Assembly: GCA_963816395.1 (NCBI GenBank)
Contig: CAWFKQ010000008.1
Span: 128,001 to 192,000, forward strand
Direction: 5' to 3'
Origin: an uncultured delta proteobacterium
GTDB lineage: Bacteria; Desulfobacterota; Desulfuromonadia; Desulfuromonadales; JACZKF01
Length of the DNA stretch: 64,000 nt
The position numbers were made by a program, and so were the translations under genes. Of the stretch, positions 8,835 to 21,207 are shown piece after piece (the stretch's first letter is position 1; each line of letters starts with the position of its first letter). Below the pieces are notes generated by a model, which was given only the letters and a program-made list of their open reading frames with translations, ran no database searches and was not told the origin of the DNA.

Positions 8835-9743
8835 ATGAATCCGGATTCCAATCCCACGGTATGCCTGGACGGTTCCGCTGTCCGCCGCATACGTGAAGAA
8901 AAAAAGCTGACCCAGCTGTACGTCGCCAAGGTTATCGGTGTCACCACCGATACCGTCTCCCGCTGGGAAAACAATCGCTATCCCACCATCAAGCGGGATA
9001 ACGCCGTGCGCTTGACGGAGGCCCTGGAGGTACCGCTCGAGGAGATTCTGCAGAAACCGCAGGAAGAATCGCCCGCCCAGTCGGTCGCCGCGGGTAAACC
9101 GCGGATGACCCGGTTCCTGATCCTGGCCGCCATCCCGATTCTGGCTGCCGTCGGCATCTTTCTTTATCGAAGCGGGAACAATCCACCGGTGAGAATTCGG
9201 GCCGAGCGAGTGCTCCCCTCCTATGTCGCCCCGGGCAACATCCTGCCGGTAAGGGTTCGTCTCGAAGCCGCGGGCGGCATGAAGGGCTATATCCTCCGCG
9301 AGCACTTCCCGGCCGGCTGGAAGTTGATCGAGGCCAACCCCCCGGCCTCCAGCCTCGACAATGAGGAAGGCACCGCCCGCTGGATCGTCAAACCTGGCGA
9401 ATCCCGCCAGGTCATCTCCTACCTGATCCGGGTCTCAACGGAGGCAGGAATGGGGAAAGAGGGGCTATTCCAGGGTGATGTTATCGCCAACCCGGACGGC
9501 CACAACAGCCCTGCCCCGGTGGCCGGCGCTACCAGGGTGGAAGTGGCTCCTTATCTGTGGGCCGACCTTAACGGCGACGGCATCATCGATGATGGAGAGA
9601 TGTTGAAGGCCTCCGACACTTTCGACGAAATGAAGGGGGTGCATCTCGACTGGAAGCAGTTGGAAGCCATCTGGGATGCCGGCAGTTACCGCTGGAAGGA
9701 GCATGAACAGCGTTTCTCTCCCCTTCATACGACAGCGCCATAG
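8835..9743 (+). CDS. XRE helix-turn-helix protein with TM helix and extracytoplasmic beta-rich plus EF-hand/dockerin-like domain
   Basis: IREEKKLTQLYVAKVIGVTTDTVSRWEN (HTH_3); FLILAAIPILAAVGIFLY (TM); DLNGDGIIDDGE (Dx[DN]xDG Ca-binding loop). Confidence 0.8.
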   Translation: MNPDSNPTVCLDGSAVRRIREEKKLTQLYVAKVIGVTTDTVSRWENNRYPTIKRDNAVRLTEALEVPLEEILQKPQEESPAQSVAAGKPRMTRFLILAAIPILAAVGIFLYRSGNNPPVRIRAERVLPSYVAPGNILPVRVRLEAAGGMKGYILREHFPAGWKLIEANPPASSLDNEEGTARWIVKPGESRQVISYLIRVSTEAGMGKEGLFQGDVIANPDGHNSPAPVAGATRVEVAPYLWADLNGDGIIDDGEMLKASDTFDEMKGVHLDWKQLEAIWDAGSYRWKEHEQRFSPLHTTAP

Positions 9744-9860
9744 GACCCACCCAGCCGCTCGCTCCGGTTCTGTTTTGCCTCCTGTTCAATCCCCAGGCAA
9801 TCCCATAAAGAAACAATGTTTAATTATTTGTTTCCCAGATCCCGCAGGGCGGCGGATTTC

Positions 9861-9876
9861 TGTATGCTGTATACAA
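9861..9876. promoter_or_regulatory. HgtR-like repressor site upstream of sdh/frdCAB
   Basis: Reverse complement TTGTATACAGCATACA resembles the Geobacter HgtR motif TTGTATACAGTATAC, recalled from memory; lies just upstream of the -35. Confidence 0.6.
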
Positions 9877-9884
9877 AAAAATGG

Positions 9885-9913
9885 TTGAAAAAGGGGAATT
9901 CTCCTGCTATTCT
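9885..9913 (+). promoter_or_regulatory. sigma70-type promoter of sdh/frdCAB
   Basis: TTGAAA-N17-TATTCT with TG extension. Confidence 0.55.
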
Positions 9914-9950
9914 CTTGCCGGTTAAATTACTCTTAGAAGGGATGGTGGCT

Positions 9951-10634
9951 ATGCATTGGTACACGTCTTCACTCGGTAAGAAGTTCATCATGGCGGTAAC
10001 AGGGCTAATCATGGTGCTCTTCGTCATCGCCCACATGGGCGGTAATTTCACCATCTTCGCCGGCGGCGGGAGCCTCAATGCCTATGCGGTCCATCTGCGG
10101 GCGATTCCGCCGCTGCTGTGGATCTTCAGGGCGGTGATGTTGATTGCCGTCCTGGTGCACATCTGGTTCGGGATCAATCTCTACTTGGAGAACAAGTCGG
10201 CCCGGCCGGTCGAGTACGCCATGAAGAAGAATGAGCGTACCTCCTTCTCCGCCCGGACGATGCTCTGGACCGGTCTGCTGCTGGGTGTCTTCATCATCTA
10301 CCACCTGCTGCAGTTTACGGCGCATGTGGCAATCAGCCCGGAAGTCGCCGCCGGAGTCGGGTCCAACTTCGATGTCCAGCACCGGCCCGATGTCTTCAAG
10401 ATGGTAGTGCTCTCCTTCCAGCAGGTCGGTGTCGCCATCGGCTATGTGGCCGCCATGATTGTCCTGCTTCTCCATCTGGCGCATGGCATCCAGAGCTTTT
10501 TCCAGTCGCTGGGGGCGAATAACGATCAGACCCTGCCGGTTCTTGAAAAATGGGGGCGGGGCCTGGCCTTTCTGCTCATGCTCGGGTTCGCTCTGGTGCC
10601 CATTACCATTCTCTTCGGCGTGATTAAACTCTAG
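9951..10634 (+). CDS. sdhC: Succinate dehydrogenase/fumarate reductase cytochrome b subunit
   Basis: [13 protein letters not shown], five hydrophobic segments with heme-ligand His residues (IAHM, LVHI, IYHL, LHLAHG). Confidence 0.93.
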   Translation: MHWYTSSLGKKFIMAVTGLIMVLFVIAHMGGNFTIFAGGGSLNAYAVHLRAIPPLLWIFRAVMLIAVLVHIWFGINLYLENKSARPVEYAMKKNERTSFSARTMLWTGLLLGVFIIYHLLQFTAHVAISPEVAAGVGSNFDVQHRPDVFKMVVLSFQQVGVAIGYVAAMIVLLLHLAHGIQSFFQSLGANNDQTLPVLEKWGRGLAFLLMLGFALVPITILFGVIKL

Positions 10635-10648
10635 TAGGGGGTACGACT

Positions 10649-12564
<1,916 letters not shown>

Positions 12565-12565
<1 letters not shown>

Positions 12566-13335
12566 TGAACCTTACACTTTACGTTTGGCGGCAGAAATCC
12601 CAGAAGGACAAGGGGAAACTGGAGCGCTTCGAGGCGAATGATATGAGCCCCGACATGTCCTTTCTCGAGATGCTCGATGTGGTGAACGAAGATCTCATCA
12701 AAAAAGGGCAGCAACCGATTGTTTTCGACCATGACTGCCGTGAGGGGATCTGCGGTATGTGTTCGCAGATGATCAATGGCATCGCGCATGGCCCCGAAGA
12801 GGAGATCACCGTCTGCCAGCTGCACATGCGCCGGTTCAAGGATGGAGATACCATCTATATCGAGCCGTGGCGGGCCAAGGCATTTCCCCTGATCAAGGAC
12901 CTGATGGTTGATCGCAGCGCCTTGGATCGCATCATCGAGGCCTACGGTTATACCTCCGTCCACACCGGCGGCGTGCCTGACGGCAATGCGCTGCCGGTGC
13001 CGAAACCGGCTGCCGACATGGCGATGGACGCCGCCGCCTGCATCGGCTGCGGCGCCTGCGTCGCCGCCTGCCCGAATGCCTCGGCCATGCTTTTCACCTC
13101 GGCCAAGGTCTCCCACCTGGGCGTCCTGCCGCAGGGAGAGGTGGAGGCGGCCCGGCGGGTAAGGGCCATGGTCGCCCAGATGGACCAGGAAGGATTCGGC
13201 AACTGCACCAACCATTACGAATGCGAAGCTGCCTGCCCGAAAGGGATCAAGGTTACGTTCATCGCCCGGATGAACCGGGAATTGATGAAAACCCTCCCCA
13301 CGGGAGGTCAGAAAGCGGCCGGCGGCGGATTCTGA
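12565..13335 (+). CDS. sdhB: Succinate dehydrogenase/fumarate reductase Fe-S subunit
   Basis: [34 protein letters not shown]. Confidence 0.96.
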
Positions 13336-13360
13336 TTCCCCACCGGCAGAGAAAGCAGCG

Positions 13361-13392
13361 ACGGGCGCTCCAAAAGGGGCGCCCGTTCGTTT
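13361..13392 (+). terminator. Intrinsic terminator after sdhB
   Basis: ACGGGCGCTCC-AAAA-GGGGCGCCCGT followed by TCGTTT. Confidence 0.6.
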
Positions 13393-13506
13393 AATTGATA
13401 GTTGGGCCAAGATTCAGGCCGGAGGGCGGAGGAAAAATTCTTTGACATCAACTCGTCTGTTTCATTAGGATAGGTGGAATTTTACTCGGGCATTTCGGAA
13501 GGCGGC

Positions 13507-14475
13507 ATGGATAAAGCTCTGGCATTACTAAAAGACGATCTGCTCAAGGTCGAGGCCCAGTTCAAGAAGGACTTGGCTTCTGACGTCGCTCTCATCGGCC
13601 AGGTCGGTGAATACGTGCTCGCGAGCGGCGGCAAGCGTCTGCGGCCAATGCTGGTGCTTCTCTGCGCCCGTCTGGCAGGCTACTCCGGCGAAATGCATAT
13701 CGGTCTGGCCAGCGTAGTCGAATTCATCCATACGGCGACCCTGCTGCATGATGACGTAGTCGACAGTGCCGTTCTGCGGCGGGGAAATGCCTCGGCCAAT
13801 ACCGTCTGGGGCAATGAGGCCTCGGTCCTGGTTGGCGATTACCTCTTCGCCAAATCCTTCTCCATCATGGTCGGCGGCGGCAACCTGAAGATTCTCAAGG
13901 CTCTCTCTGATGCCACCACCCGGATGGCGGAAGGGGAGGTGCAGCAATTGATCAATACCTGCGATCTCGGACTCGCTGAAGAATCCTACATGACCGTCGT
14001 CCGTAATAAGACGGCCGTGCTGATCGCCGCCGCCTGCCAGTGCGGCGGCATCCTGGGGACCGTTTCGGCAGAGCAGGAGCGGGCGCTGAACGAATTCGGC
14101 ATGGACCTCGGAATAGCCTTCCAGTTCATGGACGATACCCTGGATTATGTGGCTGAGGAGTCGGAGTTCGGCAAGGCAAAAGGACATGACCTGGCAGAAG
14201 GAAAGGTAACTCTGCCGCTGATCCATGCCCTGCAGAAATGTTCCGAGTCGGAGCGGCGGCGGGTCGAGAAAATCGTCGAGCAGGAGGATCTCGGGGATGA
14301 GGAACTGGGATTTGTGCTCTCCCTCATCAACCGCTGCGACGGCATCGGCTATACCCGCCGGCGGGCGCTCCAGATCGTGGAAGGAGCTAAGGAAAAACTC
14401 GTCCTGTTTCCAGAGGGAGACGAGAAGGCCGCTCTTTGTGAACTGGCCGATTATGTGGTGGAACGTCGGAAATAG
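13507..14475 (+). CDS. ispB: Octaprenyl/polyprenyl diphosphate synthase
   Basis: GGKRLRP, HTATLLHDDVVD, RRG, KTA, AFQFMDDTLD, DLAEGKVTLP. Confidence 0.9.
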   Translation: MDKALALLKDDLLKVEAQFKKDLASDVALIGQVGEYVLASGGKRLRPMLVLLCARLAGYSGEMHIGLASVVEFIHTATLLHDDVVDSAVLRRGNASANTVWGNEASVLVGDYLFAKSFSIMVGGGNLKILKALSDATTRMAEGEVQQLINTCDLGLAEESYMTVVRNKTAVLIAAACQCGGILGTVSAEQERALNEFGMDLGIAFQFMDDTLDYVAEESEFGKAKGHDLAEGKVTLPLIHALQKCSESERRRVEKIVEQEDLGDEELGFVLSLINRCDGIGYTRRRALQIVEGAKEKLVLFPEGDEKAALCELADYVVERRK

Positions 14476-14564
14476 ACGGTCCTTTGCCCGCTATTTGACT
14501 TGATGGCCTTCGCGAGGTATCTCCGCGGAGGCCTTTTTACATGCCCTGCACCTCGACATCGGTT

Positions 14565-14579
14565 TGGCCCGGATATTGC
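14565..14579 (+). promoter_or_regulatory. Putative sigma54 -24/-12 promoter
   Basis: TGGCCC-GGATA-TTGC, one mismatch to TGGCAC-N5-TTGC. Confidence 0.55.
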
Positions 14580-14642
14580 TGCCTGCACAATTGGAAGTTC
14601 TGTAGGTAAAGAATTTTGCGCCGTCAACTCTTCGGGCTGAGA

Positions 14643-14885
14643 ATGGACAAGGGAATCGTCGTTCACCGAGGTATTCTGCATATCTCCGGCAAAAATTACG
14701 AAATAGTCGTATACAGCCGGGATGGCCGGCATTTCGCGCAGACGGTTTTTTCCCCGGAAGATGTCATCATCAGCGATGGCTGCACCAAGGATGAAGCCCT
14801 CGCCAAGCACCAGCGCCTGCTGCCCCTGGCGATCAACTCTCGACAGATCCTGCGCGAATTTCAGCGACAGGATTCCCCCTTCTGA
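14643..14885 (+). CDS. Small hypothetical protein (80 aa)
   Basis: MDKGIVVHRGILHISGKNYEIVVYS...; protein-like composition, downstream of a sigma54-like site. Confidence 0.65.
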   Translation: MDKGIVVHRGILHISGKNYEIVVYSRDGRHFAQTVFSPEDVIISDGCTKDEALAKHQRLLPLAINSRQILREFQRQDSPF

Positions 14886-14945
14886 CTGCTCTCGCCCGGA
14901 TTATCGGGGTTCCCGTCAGCAGCGCCTTCCTGCTATAATCGCCGC

Positions 14946-17485
14946 ATGTTGCGCCTGAACCTCCACCAGAAGGTCCTTTTTGCTTTCTGCGCACTCTCGC
15001 TGATCCCCCTCGTTCTTCTCGCGGTCAAATCCAGCCGCAGCCTGCAGGCGGTGGAAGGTCTGCTGCAGCGATAGCGCTACGGCGGCTCTCGATTCCCAGG
15101 TCGCCAGCGGCCCTGGAATTGCGGGCCACCATGGTTGCCGGTGAGGTCAGCGATTGTCTGCGGTCGGTGGAGGGAGATCTGCAGGATCTCGCCCTGCTCA
15201 CCGCCGATCGCCTGCGAATTATCTGCGCTTCAGCCGCCATCACCGGCGGCAGATCTGGTATCGTGCCGGCACCAACCTGAAGCCGGTGGAGAAACGGGAA
15301 GAAATTCCGCTGTACAGCGAACTTGCCTTTATCGGCCCGGACGGACAGGAACGCCTGCGCATCGTCGGGGATCGGGTGGATAAGCGGCTGCGCAACGTCG
15401 CCGATCCGGCCAATACCACCTATCTTTCGGAGACCTATTTCCGCGAAGCTCGCGACCTTCCGCCGGGGAAGATCTACGTGTCGCATCTGACCGGCTGGCA
15501 TGTCGGCCGTGAGGAACAGTTGCGCGGGGCGCCCACCCCGGAAGCGGCGGTGGAAGGCGCCCGCTACCAGGGAGTGATCCGCTTCGCCGCTCCGGTGCAC
15601 GATGCCGCCGGCCGTCTGCAGGGGGTGGTCGTCCTTTCCCTCGATCACCGCCACCTGATGGAGTTCACCCAGCACATCACTCCCACCGCCGACCGGTACG
15701 TGGTTTTTCCCTCCTACGACAGCGGCAATTATGCCTTCATGTTCGATGACGAGGGGTGGATCATCACCCATCCCAAGTACTGGGATATCCGCGGGCTGGA
15801 CCGGCAGGGCAGGCTGGTGCCCCCCTATACCGCAGATTCTTCGCCGGAGGCGGTGGAAAAGGGGATCATCCCTTACAACCTGGAGTCACGCCGGCTTCAT
15901 CCATCCGAATTACCCGGTGGTCGCCAACGGCGGTGCTGGCGGGCCGCTCCGGGGTGGTCGATGTCACCAATGTCGGCGGCTCGCGAAAAGATCATGGCCT
16001 ATGCGCCGATCTTCTATCGGCGGCGGCTCCTACCGGCAGAAGCGGCATCTTCGGCGGCATCACCATCGGTGCGGAAATGGCCAATTTCCATCAGCCGGCC
16101 CAGCAGGCCTCGGCCCTGATCCGCCGGGAATTCACCCGCTTCGTCAGCCAGAGCTGGTTGCTGATTTCCCTGACCGGGCTGCTGGTCTTCTTCGCCGCCT
16201 ACCAGCTGGCCAAGGGAATTACCGATCCGCTGCTGCAGCTGATCGCCGGCACCAAGGAGATGGCCCGCGGCAATCTGGGGGCCGAATTGGCCGTCACCTC
16301 GAAGGATGAGGTCGGGGAGCTGACCGACTCTTTCAACGCCATGGCCCGCGAGCTCAGCGATCGACGACAGCGGCTGCTGCGGAGCCTGGAGGCGCTGCGC
16401 CGCTCGCGCAAGGAGATCCTGCGGGAGCGCAACTTCAAGGAAACGGTTTTTGAAAACATCGAAACCGGCATCCTGACCCTGGACGCCGGCAGCCAGGTGA
16501 CCTCGGTCAACGGTCCGGCCCGGCGGATTCTGGACCTGGCCGCGCCCGCTGGCGGGAAGGAGCCGCTGACGCAGCTGCTGGCCGCCTGGCCGGAGATCGT
16601 GCAGGCCCTGGCAGAGGCCGCCAAGGAAAAGGCGAAAAGCGGCGGTGGAGCCGTTACGTCAACGCCGAACGCGGCGGCAAGATTCTCACCTTCCGTCTGG
16701 CGCTCCTGCCCCTGGCTGCCGGTGAAAGGGGGCGGCGGATCCTGGCGGTGGAGGATCTGACCGAGCGGGTCAGCCTGCGCCAGCAGATGGCGCGCATGGA
16801 ACGGCTGGCGTCCCTCGGCCGCCTCTCGGCGGGGATTGCCCACGAGGTGCGCAATCCACTCACCGGGGTGAGCCTGCTGCTGGATGAACTCCACGACCGG
16901 TTGCTGGCCAATCCCGGGGACCAGGCCCTGATCCGGCGGGCTCTGCGAGGAAATTGAACGGCTGGAAGGATCTGGTCAATGAACTCCTCGATTTCGCCTC
17001 TCTTCCCCGGGCGCCGATGCAACCCGGAGATCTGGGGATGGTGCTGCGCGATTCCCTGTTTCTGGTGAAAAAACAGGCCGAGCGCTCCGGCGTCGAGCTG
17101 GTTAGCCGAACTGCCGCCGGCCTTCCCGGCGATTCCCCTCGACGGCGACCGGCTGAAACAGGCTTTTCTCAACCTGCTCACCAATGCCCTGGAGGCGATG
17201 CCGAACGGCGGTGCCCTGACCGTTGCCGCCGCCGGCACGGCCGAGGAAGATTCGCCTCTCCTTCCGGGACACCGGGGAAGGGATCCCGGCCGAACGCCTG
17301 CCGCTCATCTTCGAGCCGTTCTATACCAGCAAGCGGGGGGGACAGGGCTTGGGCTGTCGATAACCCATAACATCATCTCCGAACACGGCGGTCGCATCGA
17401 GGTGGAGAGCCCCCCGGGGGAAGGAACGGTATTTACCCTGCGTTTTCCCCTGGATGCGGTGCCGCCCGGCATTCGTCCGTCTTGA
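14946..17485 (+). CDS. Membrane sensor histidine kinase (Cache-like, HAMP, PAS, HisKA, HATPase), several frameshifts
   Basis: Fragments: N-terminal [15 protein letters not shown] (HAMP); [12 protein letters not shown] (PAS); [13 protein letters not shown] (H-box); GTGLGLSI...HGGRIEVES. Confidence 0.88.
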
Positions 17486-17593
17486 GCCGAGCCGCAGCCG
17501 GCGAGTGGCGGAAATCCACCATTTCGCGATTGTCTTTCCCGCCCTTGAGACCTATACTGCCGTATCAGTTTCTCAATTTCCCCGGGAGGCGGC

Positions 17594-18976
17594 ATGGAAA
17601 AGATCCTGATCGTCGATGACGAGGCTTTCATTCGCGAGAACCTCGAACGCATCCTGGCCGAGGACGGCTATCGCCTCATTTCCACCGACAGCGGTGATGA
17701 GGCCGTCCGCCTGGTCGGCGAGGAGGAGATCGATATGGTGCTGCTCGATCTCAATCTCGGCGCTCGCAGCGGTCTCGATGTTCTGCGTTCCCTGCGGGAA
17801 ATCGATCCCGAACTGCTGGTTATCATCATTACCGGTTACGGAACGGTGGAAAGTGCCGTCGAGGCGTTGAAGATGGGGGCCTACGACTACATCAAGAAGC
17901 CGTTCAAGGCCGACGCCATCCACCTGATCGTCCGCCTGGCGCTGGAGACCCAGAGTCTGCGGCGGGAGGTGCGGCACCTGCGCCGGGAAGGGAAGGAAGG
18001 GCTCGGTGCCGCCGACATGGTCGGCTCCAGCCCGCAGCTGCTGCAGGTCTTCCGGCAGATCCGCGAGGTGGCGAAGCACGAAACGGCCACGGTTCTGATC
18101 ACCGGCGAGAGCGGCACCGGCAAGGAACTGGTCGCCCGCGGCATTCATAACCTTTCCCCGCGCAAGGACCGCCCCTTCGTCGAGATCAACTGTGGCTCCC
18201 TCCCCTTCAACCTGTTGGAAACGGAGCTTTTCGGCCATGAGCGGGGCGCTTTTACCGATGCCAAAACGCGCAAGATCGGCCTGCTGGAGGAAGCCAACGG
18301 CGGGACCATTTTCCTCGACGAGATCGGGGAGATGGACCTGAATCTGCAGGTCAAGCTGCTGCGGGTGCTGGAAGATCGCAAGATCCGCCGCCTCGGCGGC
18401 AACCGCAACATCGACATCGACGTGCGGGTGGTTTCCGCCACCAACCGCAACCTCAAGGAGGCGATCGAGGAGAAGGCCTTTCGCGAGGACCTCTATTATC
18501 GCCTGAACGTCTTTCCCATTCACATCCCGCCCCTGCGCGAACGCCGGGAGGATATCCCCCACCTGCTGCAGCACTTCCTCAAGCGCTTCAGCCGGGAGTT
18601 CAACAAGCGCATCCGGGAGATCTCCCGCGAGGCCCTCGATCTGCTCATGCGTTACCACTGGCCGGGAAACGTGCGCGAGCTGCGCAATGTGGTGGAGCGC
18701 ATCTGCATCATGCATAATACCGAGATCATCCGGCCGGAGCATCTGCCCCGGGAAATCTGGGGGGAAGAGCCCCGTCGCGAGGTCCCCTTCTCTTTCGAGA
18801 TCCCGCCGGAGGGCATTCTGCTCGAGGAGATGGTCGAGCAGATCGAAAAGGAACTGATCGGCCAGGCGGTTGCCATCGCCGGCGGCAACGTCGCGAAAAC
18901 CGCCCGGCTGCTCAACGTCCCCCGCGGGACCCTGCGCTACAAACTGGAAAAATATGGCATCGAGGGTGATTATTAG
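17594..18976 (+). CDS. sigma54-dependent response regulator (NtrC/AtoC family)
   Basis: REC (ILIVDDE, LLDL), GESGTGKE, GAFTDA, FLDEIGE, WPGNVREL, Fis-type HTH. Confidence 0.95.
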   Translation: MEKILIVDDEAFIRENLERILAEDGYRLISTDSGDEAVRLVGEEEIDMVLLDLNLGARSGLDVLRSLREIDPELLVIIITGYGTVESAVEALKMGAYDYIKKPFKADAIHLIVRLALETQSLRREVRHLRREGKEGLGAADMVGSSPQLLQVFRQIREVAKHETATVLITGESGTGKELVARGIHNLSPRKDRPFVEINCGSLPFNLLETELFGHERGAFTDAKTRKIGLLEEANGGTIFLDEIGEMDLNLQVKLLRVLEDRKIRRLGGNRNIDIDVRVVSATNRNLKEAIEEKAFREDLYYRLNVFPIHIPPLRERREDIPHLLQHFLKRFSREFNKRIREISREALDLLMRYHWPGNVRELRNVVERICIMHNTEIIRPEHLPREIWGEEPRREVPFSFEIPPEGILLEEMVEQIEKELIGQAVAIAGGNVAKTARLLNVPRGTLRYKLEKYGIEGDY

Positions 18977-19314
18977 CCATTCCCCGGGCTACCGTAGCCG
19001 ACAGTTCCATGCTCTTCGCCCCTGATCATCCGCCCTGCTTGCCGGGGCGGTTTGTTGTTCGGATTCCTTCCTTCCCTCCACAAAATACCCTTCTTTCCCC
19101 TGGTATAGACGCCCGCCAGAACCACCGATCCGTGAATGGAAGGGGCCGGGCGCCAACCGGACTCGCCTTGGATTCTGGGAAAAGGCTGATTTTCGCCTTT
19201 TTGGTAAATCTCCCGCCACCGGTCTGGGCCGCCGGGGGCATAATCAATTTGAGAAAAGGTTCTATCTGGTTGAATACAGGAGACCTGGAGAAGAACCGCC
19301 GAGCGGCAAGGAGT

Positions 19315-19329
19315 TGGCACCGGAGTTGC
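19315..19329 (+). promoter_or_regulatory. sigma54 -24/-12 promoter of the DASS transporter
   Basis: Perfect TGGCAC-CGGAG-TTGC about 60 nt upstream of ATG 19391. Confidence 0.8.
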
Positions 19330-19390
19330 GATAATAAAAAGGCGTGTTGCCCTGGAATGGAAAAACCGCCTTTTTTTCGCGAGGAGAGAA

Positions 19391-21130
19391 ATGATCAGCA
19401 CCGTCTGGAATCGTTTGTGGCAGATGCATGATGAAGCCCGAGGGCTTCTTCTTCCCAGCCCCCGTGCACTGTTGCGCAGTCTGCAGAAGAACCTGCAGTT
19501 CAGCAGCAACCGGCGGGAGCAGGAGATCGACCTGGCCGACGAGATGGAAGATGCGCCGGCCGAACATGCGCGCCGGGTGGTCACCGGTCCCCAGGGGATC
19601 CAGGAGGGCGAACCGAGGGAGTACACGGTACGCCAGAAGGTCGGGCTTGCCCTTGGACCGGTCCTGTTTCTGCTCATGCTGCTCCTTCCCACCCCCGCCG
19701 GCATGTCGCCGCCGGCCCAGAAGATGGCGGCGGTCGCCCTTTTGATGGCGACCTGGTGGATGTGCGAATCGATTCCCATCCCGGCCACCAGCCTGCTGCC
19801 GATCCCGCTCTTTCCCTTTCTCGGGGTCATGGACACGAAAAAGGCGACGGCTCCTTACGCCAGTCACCTCATCTTCCTCTTCATGGGGGGATTCCTCATC
19901 GCCCTGGCCATGCAGCGCTGGAACCTGCACCGGCGCATCGCCATGAACATCGTCAGGGCGGTCGGCTTCTCCCCCGGTCGTCTCATCTTCGGTTTCATGG
20001 TGGCCACCGCCGCCCTCTCCGCCTTCGTCTCCAATACGGCCACGGCGGTGATGATGATGCCGATCGGCCTGGCCCTCATCACCCACGTGGTGGAAGAAGG
20101 GAAGAAGGAAGGCCTCGACCAGGAAATCGATTTCTCCCCCGAAAAATTCGCCTTCGGCCTCAACCTGATGCTGGGGATCGCCTACGCCGCCTCCATCGGC
20201 GGCATTGCCACCCTCATCGGCACGCCGCCCAATACGGTGCTCGCCGGCTATCTGCAGAAGACCTACGGGTACGAAATCACCTTCTCCCGCTGGCTGCTGG
20301 TCGGGTTGCCGCTGGTGCTGATCCTGCTCCCGCTGTGCTGGCTGTGGCTGGTCAAGTTCGCCAATCCCATGCAGCTGAAGAAGGTGCCCGGCGGCCGCCA
20401 GCTGATCAATGACGAACTGCGCCAGATGGGGCGGATGAGCACCGGCGAGCGCTGGACCTCCCTGATCTTCGTGCTTACCGCCCTGGCCTGGATCTTCCGC
20501 CAGCAGCTCGGCTTTCTCTTTCCCGACCCCAAACTGGTCACCGATGCGGCCATCGGCATGGCCGGCGGCCTGCTGCTCTTTCTCATCCCCGTCAACCTGC
20601 GTCGCAACCAGTTCGTGCTCGACTGGCATTGGGCGGCGAAGATGCCCTGGGGGGTCCTCATCCTGTTCGGCGGCGGTCTCTGCCTGGCCGACGGCTTCAA
20701 GGCCACAGGCCTCACCGACTGGATCGCCAGCCAGGTCAACCTCCTCGCCCAGGCTCCCGTCCTGGTGCTGGTGGTCGCCGTGACCACCCTGATCATCTTC
20801 CTCACCGAACTGACCTCCAACACCGCGACCGCCGCCATGATCATGCCGGTGCTGTCGGCGGTGGCGGTCGGCCTGGGGCAGAATCCGCTGCTGCTGGTGA
20901 TTCCGGCCGCCATCGCCGCCTCCTGCGCTTTCATGCTGCCGGTGGCCACGCCGCCTAACGCCATCGTCTTCGGCTCCGGCTATGTGACCATCCCGCAGAT
21001 GGCCAAGAGCGGCTTCGGCCTGAACATCATCGGCATCGTCCTGGTGACCGCCCTGACCTATGTCGTGGCGGTGCCGGTGTTCGGGGTGGTGCTCAACGAA
21101 CTCCCCGCCTGGGTGCCCCTGGTCAAATAG
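19391..21130 (+). CDS. DASS/SLC13 sodium:dicarboxylate (anion) symporter
   Basis: Two SNTAT motifs, GTPPN, LPVATPPNAIVF, many TM helices. Confidence 0.93.
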   Translation: MISTVWNRLWQMHDEARGLLLPSPRALLRSLQKNLQFSSNRREQEIDLADEMEDAPAEHARRVVTGPQGIQEGEPREYTVRQKVGLALGPVLFLLMLLLPTPAGMSPPAQKMAAVALLMATWWMCESIPIPATSLLPIPLFPFLGVMDTKKATAPYASHLIFLFMGGFLIALAMQRWNLHRRIAMNIVRAVGFSPGRLIFGFMVATAALSAFVSNTATAVMMMPIGLALITHVVEEGKKEGLDQEIDFSPEKFAFGLNLMLGIAYAASIGGIATLIGTPPNTVLAGYLQKTYGYEITFSRWLLVGLPLVLILLPLCWLWLVKFANPMQLKKVPGGRQLINDELRQMGRMSTGERWTSLIFVLTALAWIFRQQLGFLFPDPKLVTDAAIGMAGGLLLFLIPVNLRRNQFVLDWHWAAKMPWGVLILFGGGLCLADGFKATGLTDWIASQVNLLAQAPVLVLVVAVTTLIIFLTELTSNTATAAMIMPVLSAVAVGLGQNPLLLVIPAAIAASCAFMLPVATPPNAIVFGSGYVTIPQMAKSGFGLNIIGIVLVTALTYVVAVPVFGVVLNELPAWVPLVK

Positions 21131-21167
21131 CAGCAGCGGCCGGATCCGCTGCCTTTCCGCGCCGTCA

Positions 21168-21207
21168 AGCCCCGTTCCGAACTCCTCCGGAACGGGGCTG
21201 TTTTTTT
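21168..21207 (+). terminator. Intrinsic terminator after the DASS gene
   Basis: AGCCCCGTTCCG-AACTCCTC-CGGAACGGGGCT followed by GTTTTTTT. Confidence 0.8.

Noticed and set aside
14946..17485. Programmed frameshifting or phase variation in split genes
   Set aside because: Several indels per gene with no consistent slippery site or long simple-sequence tract; sequencing error is more parsimonious.
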